64,000 bases of DNA from an uncultured Gemmatimonadota bacterium. GTDB lineage: Bacteria > JAAXHH01. The stretch covers positions 3,168,001 to 3,232,000 of the forward strand of contig OX638340.1 of assembly GCA_951812955.1 (NCBI GenBank). Reading direction: 5' to 3'. Shown here in pieces: positions 1 to 9,214 of the stretch; position 1 is the first letter of the stretch; every line of letters begins with the position of its first letter. The position numbers and the translations under genes were made by a program. The notes beneath the pieces are model-generated. The model was not told the origin of the DNA and ran no database searches. It saw only the letters and a list, made by a program, of their open reading frames with translations.

Positions 1-2663
1 TCCGATATACGCAGCCCTTCGGTATCGGTTGCGGTCACCGTGACCTTGCCGATCTCTCCTTCGGATTTGGGGGCCACCGTCACCTCGCTGCCCGATATGC
101 TTACTTTGGCGACTGAAGAATCCGGGTCGTCTACCGAGAAGGTGAGGCTGTCTCCATCAGCATCGGAAAAATTGCCCGACACGTCGAAACTCTCCGACGG
201 ATCGCCCACCCTTATATTTACGTCAGCAATGCTCCCCACAATCTCCGGAGCACGATTCATCACAGACACGCTGATGCTCTGCGTCGCCGACGCCTTGTCA
301 ATGTCCTCGGCTTTTACCGTAATCGTCGCACTTCCTGAATTGCCGGAGGTGATGGTCACCGTACCGCCGGACACGCTGGCGGTGGCCACGGCCGTATTGG
401 ACGATGAGGCACTGTATGTGAGCGCATCGCCGTCGGGATCGGTGAACTTACCCGAGACGATTACGTCCTGAGTGTGCCTGTTCTTGTAGAGGGTGACAGC
501 ATCGATCGAACCCTGCGCCTGAGGGGATTTGTTCCGCACGGTGACCGTAAAATCGGTCGAAACGGAAGCGCTGAGTGCATCAGTCGCGGTCACTGTAACG
601 GTCGCGTCTCCGCCGTCATCTTCAGATTCGATCGTCGCCGTACTTCCAGTAACGCTGGCGGTAACGATGTTCGTATTGGACGATCCGGCCGAGAAGGTCA
701 TTTGATCGCCGTCGGGATCCGAGAAGTGCCTGGATACGTTGAAGCTATATGAGCTGTTCTTGTTTAACGATCTGTCAGGTATACTCTGCGATACTACGGG
801 ACGCCTGTTGACCACCTCTACGGCAAAACCATGTCTGTTGCTGGCATCATCCGTATCCGTCGCAGTCACCGTGACTCTGGCTGAGCCAAGTACTCCTGGA
901 TCGACCTCCACGTCGCTACCCGATACGCTGACCGTAGCCACGGAGGAATCGGACGAAGTGGCAGTAAAGGTGAGCGCGTCGTTGTCCGGATCGCGGAAAT
1001 TGTCCGAAACGTCGGTACTCTTTGTAGCCTGGCCCCTGTAGAACGTCATTTTCGAAATATCACCCTGTGGTTGCGGTATTCTATTGATCACGGTGACGTC
1101 AAAATCCTGCGTACCGGTGGCATCGTCGGTATCTTCGGCGGTAACCGTGATCGTGGCCGTACCTTTTACCCCCGACCTGACGGTCACCGTGCTGCCTGAT
1201 ACTCTGACGGTCGCCACGCTCGTTTCGTCCGATGTTGCCGAGTAGGTGAGGGCGTCGCCGTTGGGATCGGAGAACTTGCTTGAGACAGAGACGTTCCGGG
1301 TTTTTCCTTTCTTGTACAGAGTTATATTGGAGATGGTACCCACTGCCCGAGGCGGTTGATTGGTCACCGTGGCGGTGAAATCCTGTACGGCGGTCTCTCC
1401 ATCGGGGTCCGTGGCCGTTACGATGATCTTGCCCGTTGAGCCGGTAGCTACGGGTGCTATCGTGACGGTGCTTCCCGATATGCTCACCGTGACGATCGAA
1501 GGATTCGGGGAGTTGACCGAATAAGTGAGGGTATCGTTATCCGGATCGGAGAACTTGCCGGACACGCTGCGGGTTGCCGAGGAACCGCCCTTGTTAAGGG
1601 AGACGTCGCTGATGGATCCTACGGCTACAGGCGCCATGTTCGCGGGCGGTGGAGGCGGAGGAGCCGCCTCCACGGTGGCGGTAAAGTCCTGGGTGGCGGT
1701 GAGGCTGTCAGGGTCGGTGGCCGTTACGATGATCTTGCCCGTCGTGCCGGCGGCTACCGGCGCTATCGTGACCGTGCTTCCCGATATGCTCACGTTGGCA
1801 ATCGATGAACTCGGGGAATTGACCGAATAGGTGAGGGTGTCGCCGTCGGGATCTGAGAACTTGCCTGACACACTGCGGGTTGCCGAGGTGCCGCCCACCT
1901 GCAGCGTCACATCGGAGATGGACCCGACCGCTGTGGGCGCCCTGTTCGCTGGTGGTGGCGGGGGTGGCGGAGGAGCCGCCTCCACGGTGGCGGTGAAGTC
2001 CTGTGTGGCGGTAAGGCCGCCCGGGTCTCTGGCCGTGACGATGATCTTGCTCGTCGTGCCGGCGGCCACGGGCGCGACCGTCACCGTACTTCCCGCGATG
2101 CTCACGTTGGCAATCGATGAACTCGGGGAATTGACCGAATAGGTGAGGGTGTCGCCGTCGGGATCGGAGAACTTGCCGGACACGCTGCGGGTTGCCGAGG
2201 TGCCGCCCACCTGCAGCGTCACGTCGGAGATAGACCCTACGGTAGTGGGTGCCCGGTTCGCCGGCGGGGGCGGCGGAGGGTTCTGCACCGTGGCAGTGAA
2301 GTCCTGTGTGGCGGTAAGGCCGCCCGGATCCCTGGCCGTGACGATGATCTTGCTCGTCGTGCCCACGGCCACGGGCGCGACCGTCACCGTACTTCCCGCG
2401 ATGCTCACGGTGGCAATCGACGAACTCGGTGAATTGACCGAATAGGTGAGCGTGTCGCCATCGGGGTCTGAAAAGTACGACGAGGCGTTTACCGTTGCCG
2501 AGGAGCCGCCTACGTAAAGCGTCCCGACGTCGATATAGCTGACCGTCTGCGGCGCCCGGTTCTGCGGAGGCGCGGGGCCGGGTGGAAACCCCGGCACTGC
2601 TCCTCGCGCGGCCTGTCCCGGCCACGTTGCGAGCAGCATGAAACAAAGTAAAACGCGAAGCAT
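1..2663 (-). CDS. Giant secreted cell-surface protein with tandem He_PIG / dystroglycan-type cadherin-like Ig repeats (partial: the C-terminus runs off the 5' edge of the window).
   Basis: I translated the minus frame by hand (codon low positions = 0 mod 3) and it is open from ATG 2663 (alternative 2678) to position 1. The N-terminus MLRVLLCFMLLATWPGQAA is signal-peptide-like, with a GAAAGGA RBS. About 100-aa units then repeat, e.g. SGKFSDPDGDTLTYSVNSPSSSIANVSIAGSTVTVAPVAAGTTSKIIVTARDPGGLTATQDFTATV. The plus-strand ORFs 1525-2445 in the track are shadow frames of these repeats. The track does not list this ORF because it is edge-truncated. Confidence 0.7.
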   Translation of the reverse strand, partial: MLRVLLCFMLLATWPGQAARGAVPGFPPGPAPPQNRAPQTVSYIDVGTLYVGGSSATVNASSYFSDPDGDTLTYSVNSPSSSIATVSIAGSTVTVAPVAVGTTSKIIVTARDPGGLTATQDFTATVQNPPPPPPANRAPTTVGSISDVTLQVGGTSATRSVSGKFSDPDGDTLTYSVNSPSSSIANVSIAGSTVTVAPVAAGTTSKIIVTARDPGGLTATQDFTATVEAAPPPPPPPPANRAPTAVGSISDVTLQVGGTSATRSVSGKFSDPDGDTLTYSVNSPSSSIANVSISGSTVTIAPVAAGTTGKIIVTATDPDSLTATQDFTATVEAAPPPPPPANMAPVAVGSISDVSLNKGGSSATRSVSGKFSDPDNDTLTYSVNSPNPSIVTVSISGSTVTIAPVATGSTGKIIVTATDPDGETAVQDFTATVTNQPPRAVGTISNITLYKKGKTRNVSVSSKFSDPNGDALTYSATSDETSVATVRVSGSTVTVRSGVKGTATITVTAEDTDDATGTQDFDVTVINRIPQPQGDISKMTFYRGQATKSTDVSDNFRDPDNDALTFTATSSDSSVATVSVSGSDVEVDPGVLGSARVTVTATDTDDASNRHGFAVEVVNRRPVVSQSIPDRSLNKNSSYSFNVSRHFSDPDGDQMTFSAGSSNTNIVTASVTGSTATIESEDDGGDATVTVTATDALSASVSTDFTVTVRNKSPQAQGSIDAVTLYKNRHTQDVIVSGKFTDPDGDALTYSASSSNTAVATASVSGGTVTITSGNSGSATITVKAEDIDKASATQSISVSVMNRAPEIVGSIADVNIRVGDPSESFDVSGNFSDADGDSLTFSVDDPDSSVAKVSISGSEVTVAPKSEGEIGKVTVTATDTEGLRIS
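1525..2445. repeat. Three near-identical 312/306-bp tandem repeat units inside the adhesin gene, each encoding one Ig-like domain.
   Basis: The plus-strand shadow ORFs 1525-1830, 1831-2142 and 2143-2445 are almost identical protein-wise. The DNA copies differ by only a few substitutions. More diverged copies of the same unit extend down to position 1. Confidence 0.85.
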
Positions 2664-2737
2664 GATATATCCTTTCATGGTATGCATCTGTTGGCAGATG
2701 GATTTGTACCGGCCGGGCCCTCGCCCGGTCCGGGTGG

Positions 2738-3118
2738 TCAGTAGCTCCATATCGTCGGCCTGGGAATGCCCGGCGCCTTGTCGAGGTCGTCGACGTGCAC
2801 GTAGCGGCTCCGGAAGTCCCCCCGCTGCCTGATGCCGATGCCGGTGAAACCGAGCATCAGCGCCATGCGGACGAGCCGGTGCGCCTTGTCGCCCGATATC
2901 GCGATGTCGACGGCCCGGCCGGCCAGATGGGCCGAACGGGACCTGCCCCCCACCTTGGCGTTGTGCTGGGGCGATCTGTACGCCGAGGTGACGATCAAAG
3001 GGAAACCGAGTTCCTCGCGCAGCAGCACGAGCCTGAGCATGAATCGCTCGTCCATCTCGTGCCTGCCGGTGTCCGGCGAGGAAAGGATCTGGTTCGGGAA
3101 GTACGGCCACGACTTCAT
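2738..3118 (-). CDS. Peptidase M15A family protein (DUF882 / D-Ala-D-Ala carboxypeptidase-like, phage-endolysin-like fold).
   Basis: The protein reads MKSWPYFPNQ...VTSAYRSPQHNAKVGGRSRSAHLAGRAVDIAI..., with the SxYRSxxHN and SxHxxGxAxD signatures. A strong RBS AAGGAGGTTTGC sits directly upstream of ATG 3118. The longer track ORF to 3247 has no RBS. Confidence 0.75.
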   Translation of the reverse strand: MKSWPYFPNQILSSPDTGRHEMDERFMLRLVLLREELGFPLIVTSAYRSPQHNAKVGGRSRSAHLAGRAVDIAISGDKAHRLVRMALMLGFTGIGIRQRGDFRSRYVHVDDLDKAPGIPRPTIWSY

Positions 3119-3492
3119 TTGCAAACCTCCTTGCCTTCCTTCCCCGGGACCCGATTTGTCGAACCCTCGGGGAAAGAAGACCTGTATGTACTGCGGTGAA
3201 CGATATGAACGCTTCTGCCAGGCGAACCGGATGACCCGGGTACGCATTCACTTGAGCCGGCGGATCGTGAATGCGGGAGTATCCCATGCAGGATCACCTG
3301 CGTCCGCGTTCGGGGTGCTATGCGGAAGGACGCCGGACCGCCGGGTGGTCGCCCGGACGGTCCGCTCCTTCCCCTTCAACTGCTTGACGGCGGCTGACGG
3401 ACCGCCGTGTGCGGGCTTCCGATCGTTGCCGGGAGCCCTTGTATCTGCTTTGAGACCAACGCTGGTCGATCCTGCATCCGCGCGTTGCCGCT

Positions 3493-3702
3493 TCATTCCT
3501 GCTCCTTGTGCCTATCGAGCACGACCTCGTAGATCAGATCGATCTTGGCGGTCAGGTTCTCGATGTCCCGTTCGATCTTCGACAGGCGGACCTCGCGCAT
3601 GGTCATACGATCCACGAAGGGTGCGATGAACTTGAAAATGAAAATCCACAGCGCGACCAGGACGGCGATGACGACGATCCAGACCGATACGTTTTCCGGC
3701 AT
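3493..3702 (-). CDS. Small single-pass membrane protein (69 aa) with a coiled-coil C-terminus.
   Basis: Starting at internal ATG 3702 the protein is MPENVSVWIVVIAVLVALWIFIFKFIAPFVDRMTMREVRLSKIERDIENLTAKIDLIYEVVLDRHKEQE. It has one hydrophobic helix followed by a charged tail. The 5' extension in the track is low-complexity and Pro/Ala/Arg-rich. Confidence 0.4.
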   Translation of the reverse strand: MPENVSVWIVVIAVLVALWIFIFKFIAPFVDRMTMREVRLSKIERDIENLTAKIDLIYEVVLDRHKEQE

Positions 3703-4068
3703 GTCGAGTTGCTCCTGATCCGGACTTGCGGCAGGCAGAGAAGTGAACAGGACGCCGCAACGGGCGAGCGGCCCGGTGCTTGTACCGGCCGGGCGCGCCT
3801 GCTTTCGTGCGGTCGAGTGAACAGGGTTTTCGGGAAAGGGCATAAAAATCCCCGTGCCGTGGGTCGATCAGAAGTAGCACGGGGACGCTGGAAGGTCCGC
3901 GGGGTGCGGGTCCGCTATGGGGACGCGAGGGTATTCTGATTCAGTTTTAAATCACGCCCGTGCGCGTTACACGAGCAGGTTGACAGATATACTATACACG
4001 TGATTAGTATATCTGTCAACAGGGTTTTTCAAAAAAACACATTTGTTCTATTTTACTGCATGCAAGGC

Positions 4069-4497
4069 TCATGCTCCTTTCAATGCGCCCTGGTTCGTTG
4101 CCTTGCACCTGCGGCACCTGATGCTCCAGGGACGAGAGAAGTATCTGCCCAGCACGCGGCCGCATTTCCAGCACCGGGGCTGGTGGTCCGTAACCGGCGC
4201 GGGCCCCGTGGGGTTGCCGTTCAGATCCCCGACTCCCTTACCGTCGATATACGGATCACTCGGGGTCGCATCCCCGGTCTCGGCGAACCGCTCGTCTGAT
4301 CGGGAACCATCTTGCCCGTCCGATCGGGAATCGACGGACCATTCCGTCCCGCTGCTCCCGCTCGGTGTTATGGTCGTACCCTCCCGGTTCCGGCGCGTTC
4401 CGCACACCGGGCAGATCCAGTAGGGATACTCGCCGGACACGCGGAGCATGGACCGGCCACAGCATCTTAGATTGTTGCCGTGTGACATAAGAAACAC
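4069..4497 (-). CDS. Hypothetical protein with two CxxC pairs (zinc-ribbon-like) flanking a low-complexity Ser/Gly/Asp-rich linker.
   Basis: It contains CPVCG near the N-terminus and CWKCG...CRRC near the C-terminus. I recognise no family. Codon bias fits the host. Confidence 0.3.
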   Translation of the reverse strand: MFLMSHGNNLRCCGRSMLRVSGEYPYWICPVCGTRRNREGTTITPSGSSGTEWSVDSRSDGQDGSRSDERFAETGDATPSDPYIDGKGVGDLNGNPTGPAPVTDHQPRCWKCGRVLGRYFSRPWSIRCRRCKATNQGALKGA

Positions 4498-4817
4498 CTC
4501 TCTCCGTCCTCCCGGACGGCATAGACCGTGCGGGATTTAGCAGGCTCCTGCACGGCAAGTAGATATGAATATATACACAACAAATGTTTAGTAAACTTCG
4601 CCACCTGTCAAGACTTTAATGCATTATTTAAACTATCGATAAATTGTAGAATTCTCGATTTTGCCTGCTTCGTTTGAAAGCTGGATCCCGAAGTTATTGT
4701 AACCTGGCGGGTTGCGCGGTCATCGATTGCATGCTGGCGAAAGAATTCGACACGCAATCAGATACACCCTGGGAAGGCATCAGTTACTTCGTGCACGAAT
4801 TGGAGGGGAAAATAGCT

Positions 4818-4899
4818 CGGTGGAATCGGCCGGGGAGTGGGCATAGCGGTTTGAAGGGGAATATGGATCGGCGGAATCGGCCGGGGAGTGGGCATGGCG
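4818..4899. repeat. Intergenic direct repeat of a 31-bp unit (cgg[t/c]ggaatcggccggggagtgggcat[a/g]gcg) in two copies about 51 bp apart.
   Basis: I saw it at 4818-4848 and 4869-4899, inside a 550-bp AT-rich non-coding gap. A nearby perfect 14-bp palindrome TGTACAATTGTACA lies at ~5005-5018. Confidence 0.8.
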
Positions 4900-5045
4900 C
4901 GTCCGCCGCTTAACGAGATGGTATTACTTACGGGAAGACCTGCGAGTCAGAGAACACACTGACGGGTATCGTGCGAGGTATCGTGCGATACTTAAGTTGT
5001 ACAATTGTACAGGTTAATCTTCCTGGTCATCTTCCAGTATTGCCG

Positions 5046-7022
5046 CTATCCCGGAGATCCTTCTACCGTCCACGCGATGACCTGGCGCATTTCCGCAGCG
5101 GTACGCTGGGCTCTGAGCCGGTCCATCGCATCCGCCGCGCGGTAGGCATCTTCTATTTCATCGGTTTGAAATGCAGATCCGGTATTGTGCAGATACAACT
5201 CGGCGGGAGTCGCGAGCGCCGCCGCGGCGGCCAGTCCACCAAGCCGGCGCAAAACGGGTATGAACAGTTTCGCCTCGTACTCCGCATCGCTGTCCGTATC
5301 GAATCGGTCGACGTCGATCACGGCCCTGGTGATCTGCGGACACAGCCCGCAGGCCAGCAGGCACCACGGTCCGGCCGCGCCGATGCCGACCAGGGATACC
5401 GACGGAAATGCGCTCTCACGCCTGAGCCAGGCCACGGCCGTAAGGATATCCTGCACCCGGTTGGCGGTCGGTGTATGATTGTACGTTGAGAAGTAGGCAT
5501 GTTCCCCTGAATCCAACGCACCTTCCGCCATACCCGTGAGAAACACATCCACGACGAGTACCAGCCGGCCCTTTCCCAGGAGATGCTGAATCAACAGTCC
5601 GGGATCCCGTCCATTCTGCTGCGTCAGGGCCGATGCACCGCCGGGATGGACGACGAGGACGGCGCTCCTGGCGCTGCCCTCCGGCAGAAACGCGGTATAG
5701 GGCACCCGGTCGCCGTGATGCCTTCGTCCCATATACCCGGAGTGGATGGTACAGGCGTCGGCCTGGTGCTTACCTCGAGGCGCCACGACCAGGTCGTCAT
5801 CGGACCTGGCGGGCGATCCGATGATCGACCGGAAGCCGGTTGACATGATCTGCCGGAATCTGCGCAGCGACTTGGCGTCGGCAGGTTTCATCTGGTCGAG
5901 CTTTTTTCGAGTCCGTTCGATCCAGCCGCTCGTCAATCCGTCTTCGTCGACCCAGGGATCGGGTTCGTCGCCGGGCGTAACGGCCAACATCCTTTCCGGG
6001 GGCTCTAATTCGACAGGCCTGTCTGAGAATCGACCGCCGACTTCCTCCCCCAGCATCCACTTGCCGAACCAGGCGTACACGGCCTCCCGGCTCGCGGCAT
6101 TGTAATTGTGGCCCGCGTCGATCTGCACTTCCGCCAGGCAATCCTCGGCGCTGTAAAGCGCATAGACCGCCCGGATGGCCGGGTACTCCAGCACTGGCGT
6201 ATTCACCGTCCAGTCTCCGGTTGCGGACACCAGCAGCAGGGGCCGCGGCGCGGCCAGGGCGGCAATCTCCATGTTGTTCGTCTCGATGCGCAGATTGGGA
6301 CCATTCTCGCAGATGCATCCGCCCTGCATGTGCCCTGAGATCATGTTGACGGGTGCGGCAGCATGCACCCGGTCGTCGACCGCGGTGAGCATGAAGGTCT
6401 GCGTGCCGCCGCCGGAGGCCCCGGTACAGGCGATACGGCTGTTGTCCACGTCCGGAAGCGACTGGAGGAAATCGATGGAACGCATGCCGTTCCAGAGCTG
6501 CAGCCCCATGAGGCTGAGTCCCCAGAGCAGCTTCCGGTTGTCCCCGAATGTCCGGTGCGCCAGTTGCGTGCTGTCGTTGTAGCCGGCCATGGACCAGGCG
6601 AAGGCCACGTACCCCTGCCGGGCGAAGTTGATGCACCGCGCGGGTATCGAACCGTCGGGCTCGTGGTTGACGCGTCCTTCCTGCCAGTGTCCATGGGGAT
6701 TGAGTATGGCAGGATGGGGACCGTCGGTTTCGGCGGGACGGTACAGGTTTCCGGTCACGTAGAAGCCGGGCAGGCTATCAAAATGGACGTTTTCGATGCT
6801 GTAGCCGTCCCGCTCGACCCGGTGGGAGATCCGGGCGTTCAGCGGACACTTCGCGGGGCTCGGCCAGAGTCCCATGCTGACCAGTATATGCTCCTTGAGC
6901 GCCCGGGCCCGTTTCTCCCAGGCCTCCTTCGTGGCCGGCGCGACGAATTCACACGGGAGATCAAGGTGCCGTATTTCCGTCCTGCGTCGGTCTACGGACG
7001 GCAGGGGATCGTAGCTGTACAT
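5046..7022 (-). CDS. Two-domain alpha/beta hydrolase: an N-terminal acetyl-xylan-esterase (AXE1)-like domain followed by a second alpha/beta-hydrolase / dienelactone-hydrolase-like domain.
   Basis: A nucleophile elbow GASGGG (GxSxG) follows the AXE1-like N-terminus (…HGHWQEGRVN…, CTGASGGGTQTF). A second hydrolase fold lies in the C-terminal half (VLVVHPGGAS...). Confidence 0.7.
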   Translation of the reverse strand: MYSYDPLPSVDRRRTEIRHLDLPCEFVAPATKEAWEKRARALKEHILVSMGLWPSPAKCPLNARISHRVERDGYSIENVHFDSLPGFYVTGNLYRPAETDGPHPAILNPHGHWQEGRVNHEPDGSIPARCINFARQGYVAFAWSMAGYNDSTQLAHRTFGDNRKLLWGLSLMGLQLWNGMRSIDFLQSLPDVDNSRIACTGASGGGTQTFMLTAVDDRVHAAAPVNMISGHMQGGCICENGPNLRIETNNMEIAALAAPRPLLLVSATGDWTVNTPVLEYPAIRAVYALYSAEDCLAEVQIDAGHNYNAASREAVYAWFGKWMLGEEVGGRFSDRPVELEPPERMLAVTPGDEPDPWVDEDGLTSGWIERTRKKLDQMKPADAKSLRRFRQIMSTGFRSIIGSPARSDDDLVVAPRGKHQADACTIHSGYMGRRHHGDRVPYTAFLPEGSARSAVLVVHPGGASALTQQNGRDPGLLIQHLLGKGRLVLVVDVFLTGMAEGALDSGEHAYFSTYNHTPTANRVQDILTAVAWLRRESAFPSVSLVGIGAAGPWCLLACGLCPQITRAVIDVDRFDTDSDAEYEAKLFIPVLRRLGGLAAAAALATPAELYLHNTGSAFQTDEIEDAYRAADAMDRLRAQRTAAEMRQVIAWTVEGSPG

Positions 7023-7060
7023 AGAAGGCTCCGAAGCGTTGACGTCAAGCGGTGTGCAGT

Positions 7061-7223
7061 GATGGTGCGCGACTTAGCTGATGCGCCGCGACGGCTGTGA
7101 TCGTCGCGATGGTGCGCGACTTAGCTGATGCGCCGCGATTTTGCGCGACGACGATGGCCGCGATTGGCGGTAATGGTAAGCCGCAATGATGCTTCACGAT
7201 GGTGCACAACTGAGCTCGAGATC
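7061..7223. repeat. Intergenic tandem direct repeats of a 32-bp unit (gatggtgcgcgacttagctgatgcgccgcga), two perfect copies plus one degenerate copy.
   Basis: Copies lie at 7061-7092 and 7108-7139, with a degenerate third copy at 7198-7223. They sit between the hydrolase start (7022, minus) and the isomerase stop (7227). Confidence 0.8.
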
Positions 7224-7226
7224 GGC

Positions 7227-8162
7227 TCAGGGTATGTGCCAGGGCCTGCCCGGCCGCTGGTATTCGGTTCCGGCGGTTGGCAGGAACTGGCGAAGATGAC
7301 GGCAGCCCAGGGCAAATCCGGCCAATCCGGGCATGCCGCGGTCCTCGTTCTCGACACAGAGCACGTAGTCATAACCCGACTCGACCAGCGCGCCGACGAC
7401 GGTCCCCCAGTTAAGCTGTCCCCGGCCCGGCACCCGGTACTGCCACCACCAGTTTCCGATGATGCCCTGCCGGAACAGCATGTGTTTGCTCACCTCGGCG
7501 TCCTTCACGTCCGCGTAGACCCATTTGCCCGCGAACATGCGGATGGCGTCCTCGGCGGGCAGGATCATCATCCACAGCCAGTGGGAGGGGTCGCAGGAAA
7601 GACCGAGATGGTCAGAGGGGACGGCGTCCAGGACTCGTTCCCACATCTCCGGGTTGCAGGCGATGTTGCCCATGCGCACGGCGCCGTCCAGGGCGATGGT
7701 GACGCCGTGGTCCTCGGCCAGCTTCACGATGGGCTCGTACCGTCGCTGAAAACGGTCAACCAGCTCCTGCGAACGGTCTGCCGGGTTGCCGGGAGGAGAA
7801 GAGAACTGGCCATAGAAATGCCAGCCCACGGGACTGCCGGCGTGGGTGACGACCACCGGCGCACCCAGGGCCGAGGCCGCCAGGATGGCCTTGCGCAACC
7901 GTTCTTCCGCGGCGTCTGCCTGTTCCGTGTCGTCGTCCAGAAGGTTGTTGTGGGCCGACAGCGCGGCTAGGTAGATTCCGTGATGCTCGAGGGTGCCGTT
8001 GACTTCGTCGGGGCCCTCGGCAAGGATGCGGTCCGGATCGACGGAGCCGCCGGCAGAGAGCCGCACCGAGTCGAAGCCGTTCGCCTTCGCCCACCGGGCG
8101 CATTCATCAAGCGGCCACGCATCGCCTCCAGCGCTTGTGAAAAAACTGAGGTCCATGGGCAC
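7227..8162 (-). CDS. Sugar phosphate isomerase/epimerase (xylose-isomerase-like TIM barrel).
   Basis: The 311-aa ORF has the AP-endonuclease-2 / xylose-isomerase-like pattern (…VVTHAG…ALDG…CVENED…). It lies 8 bp downstream of the preceding gene on the same strand. The true start may be the internal Met (MDLSFF) at 8153. Confidence 0.65.
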   Translation of the reverse strand: MPMDLSFFTSAGGDAWPLDECARWAKANGFDSVRLSAGGSVDPDRILAEGPDEVNGTLEHHGIYLAALSAHNNLLDDDTEQADAAEERLRKAILAASALGAPVVVTHAGSPVGWHFYGQFSSPPGNPADRSQELVDRFQRRYEPIVKLAEDHGVTIALDGAVRMGNIACNPEMWERVLDAVPSDHLGLSCDPSHWLWMMILPAEDAIRMFAGKWVYADVKDAEVSKHMLFRQGIIGNWWWQYRVPGRGQLNWGTVVGALVESGYDYVLCVENEDRGMPGLAGFALGCRHLRQFLPTAGTEYQRPGRPWHIP

Positions 8163-8170
8163 ATTCCGTG

Positions 8171-8482
8171 CTAAGCGTTGTCGGGCAGTCTATTCATCCG
8201 GACGTACCAGGCGCCCGATTGCGGTTTCCGGAACTTGTCCCCAATATCATGGAGCGCTACTTCGTCCGAATCAAGGACCGCCTGCAGCGCCGCCCTCCAG
8301 TCCACGGCGCCCCGATTCTTCCGGTAACGGACGTTGAGCAGCTTGCCCTTGCGTCCCTCTGCAGGGGTGAGACCCAGCAACACCCTCCGCGCCTCTTCGA
8401 GATCGGCCTCGGCGGCCTCAAGTTTTTTCAGGCATTGCACGTAGTCGAACTCGGCACGCTCCCACTCGTCCCTGAAATCCAT
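8171..8482 (-). CDS. Hypothetical protein (about 103 aa).
   Basis: From internal ATG 8482 the ORF reads MDFRDEWERAEFDYVQCLKKLEAAEADLEEARRVLLGL.... Using that start avoids overlap with the upstream cupin gene. It is probably co-transcribed with the isomerase. Confidence 0.4.
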   Translation of the reverse strand: MDFRDEWERAEFDYVQCLKKLEAAEADLEEARRVLLGLTPAEGRKGKLLNVRYRKNRGAVDWRAALQAVLDSDEVALHDIGDKFRKPQSGAWYVRMNRLPDNA

Positions 8483-8544
8483 GAATGTTGGTCCTTGTGT
8501 TCCTGTTCTGAAATCGTTAAAGGCCTTATCCCGTGTCGCCGCGT

Positions 8545-8901
8545 CTAAGCCGTTCCGTACCGGTCCGTCGGCGTCTTGACCAGTTTCAGCGAGGGGACGT
8601 ACCCTTCCTGCTCGATGTAGTAATGGGCGTGCTCGTGGCACCCGGGCGGCTTGGTCCCGTCGAAGACGCTGATGGTGAAGTCGTCGCTGTTCGGACCGTC
8701 GCTACCGTGTTCGAAACCCGCGGGGATCATCCAGACGTCTCCCGCTTCCAGCACGAAATCCTCCCGGTTGCCGTCGTGATCGATCCAGAAACCCGTCCCG
8801 CTTCCTTTCAGGATCAACCAGGTCTCGTCGTGGTCGTGGAAGTGCTTCTCGCACGTGGGCAGGGCAAAGCCGCCATGTAAAAGGGCCTTGTGGTGGGCCA
8901 T
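8545..8901 (-). CDS. Cupin domain protein.
   Basis: It has a two-histidine cupin core (…HDHDETWLILKGSG…MIPAGFEHG…) over about 118 aa. Confidence 0.7.
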   Translation of the reverse strand: MAHHKALLHGGFALPTCEKHFHDHDETWLILKGSGTGFWIDHDGNREDFVLEAGDVWMIPAGFEHGSDGPNSDDFTISVFDGTKPPGCHEHAHYYIEQEGYVPSLKLVKTPTDRYGTA

Positions 8902-9214
8902 CGGGGTTCCTTTCGGTTTCTCGTGGGGATGCGATAAACAAACATATCGTCGAATACCGTGGCTAACCTTATACCTTTACAAGAGTGTATTATAAGACCG
9001 CCTGAACGATACATCAAGGATCAATAGGAACATGTGTGATTGCTCGTTTGTGGGTTGAAGCGAACTGTGAGATTTGGTATATTGCGGGGATCGGATTCCA
9101 GATCATACGTCTGGACGGTTTGTCCTGATTTGTTGTAGTTCACTTTCCAGTTACATGAGGAGGCATGAACACACGGCATACCGCTGATTAGTAGCAGTTC
9201 GTGCCATTTCCCTT

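Noticed and set aside
1525-2646. Plus-strand ORFs of ~100 aa each (MRVSPSGSENLPDTLRVAE…) and a 312-aa minus ORF at 1708-2646.
   Set aside because: They are repeat-induced shadow frames. The real gene is the other minus frame (codon phase 0 mod 3), which I translated by hand as continuous He_PIG-type repeats from 2663 down to position 1.}
7128-7970. A plus-strand 280-aa ORF overlapping the TIM-barrel isomerase gene.
   Set aside because: It is antisense to a minus-strand ORF with clear xylose-isomerase-like TIM-barrel similarity. Its own translation has no domain signature.}
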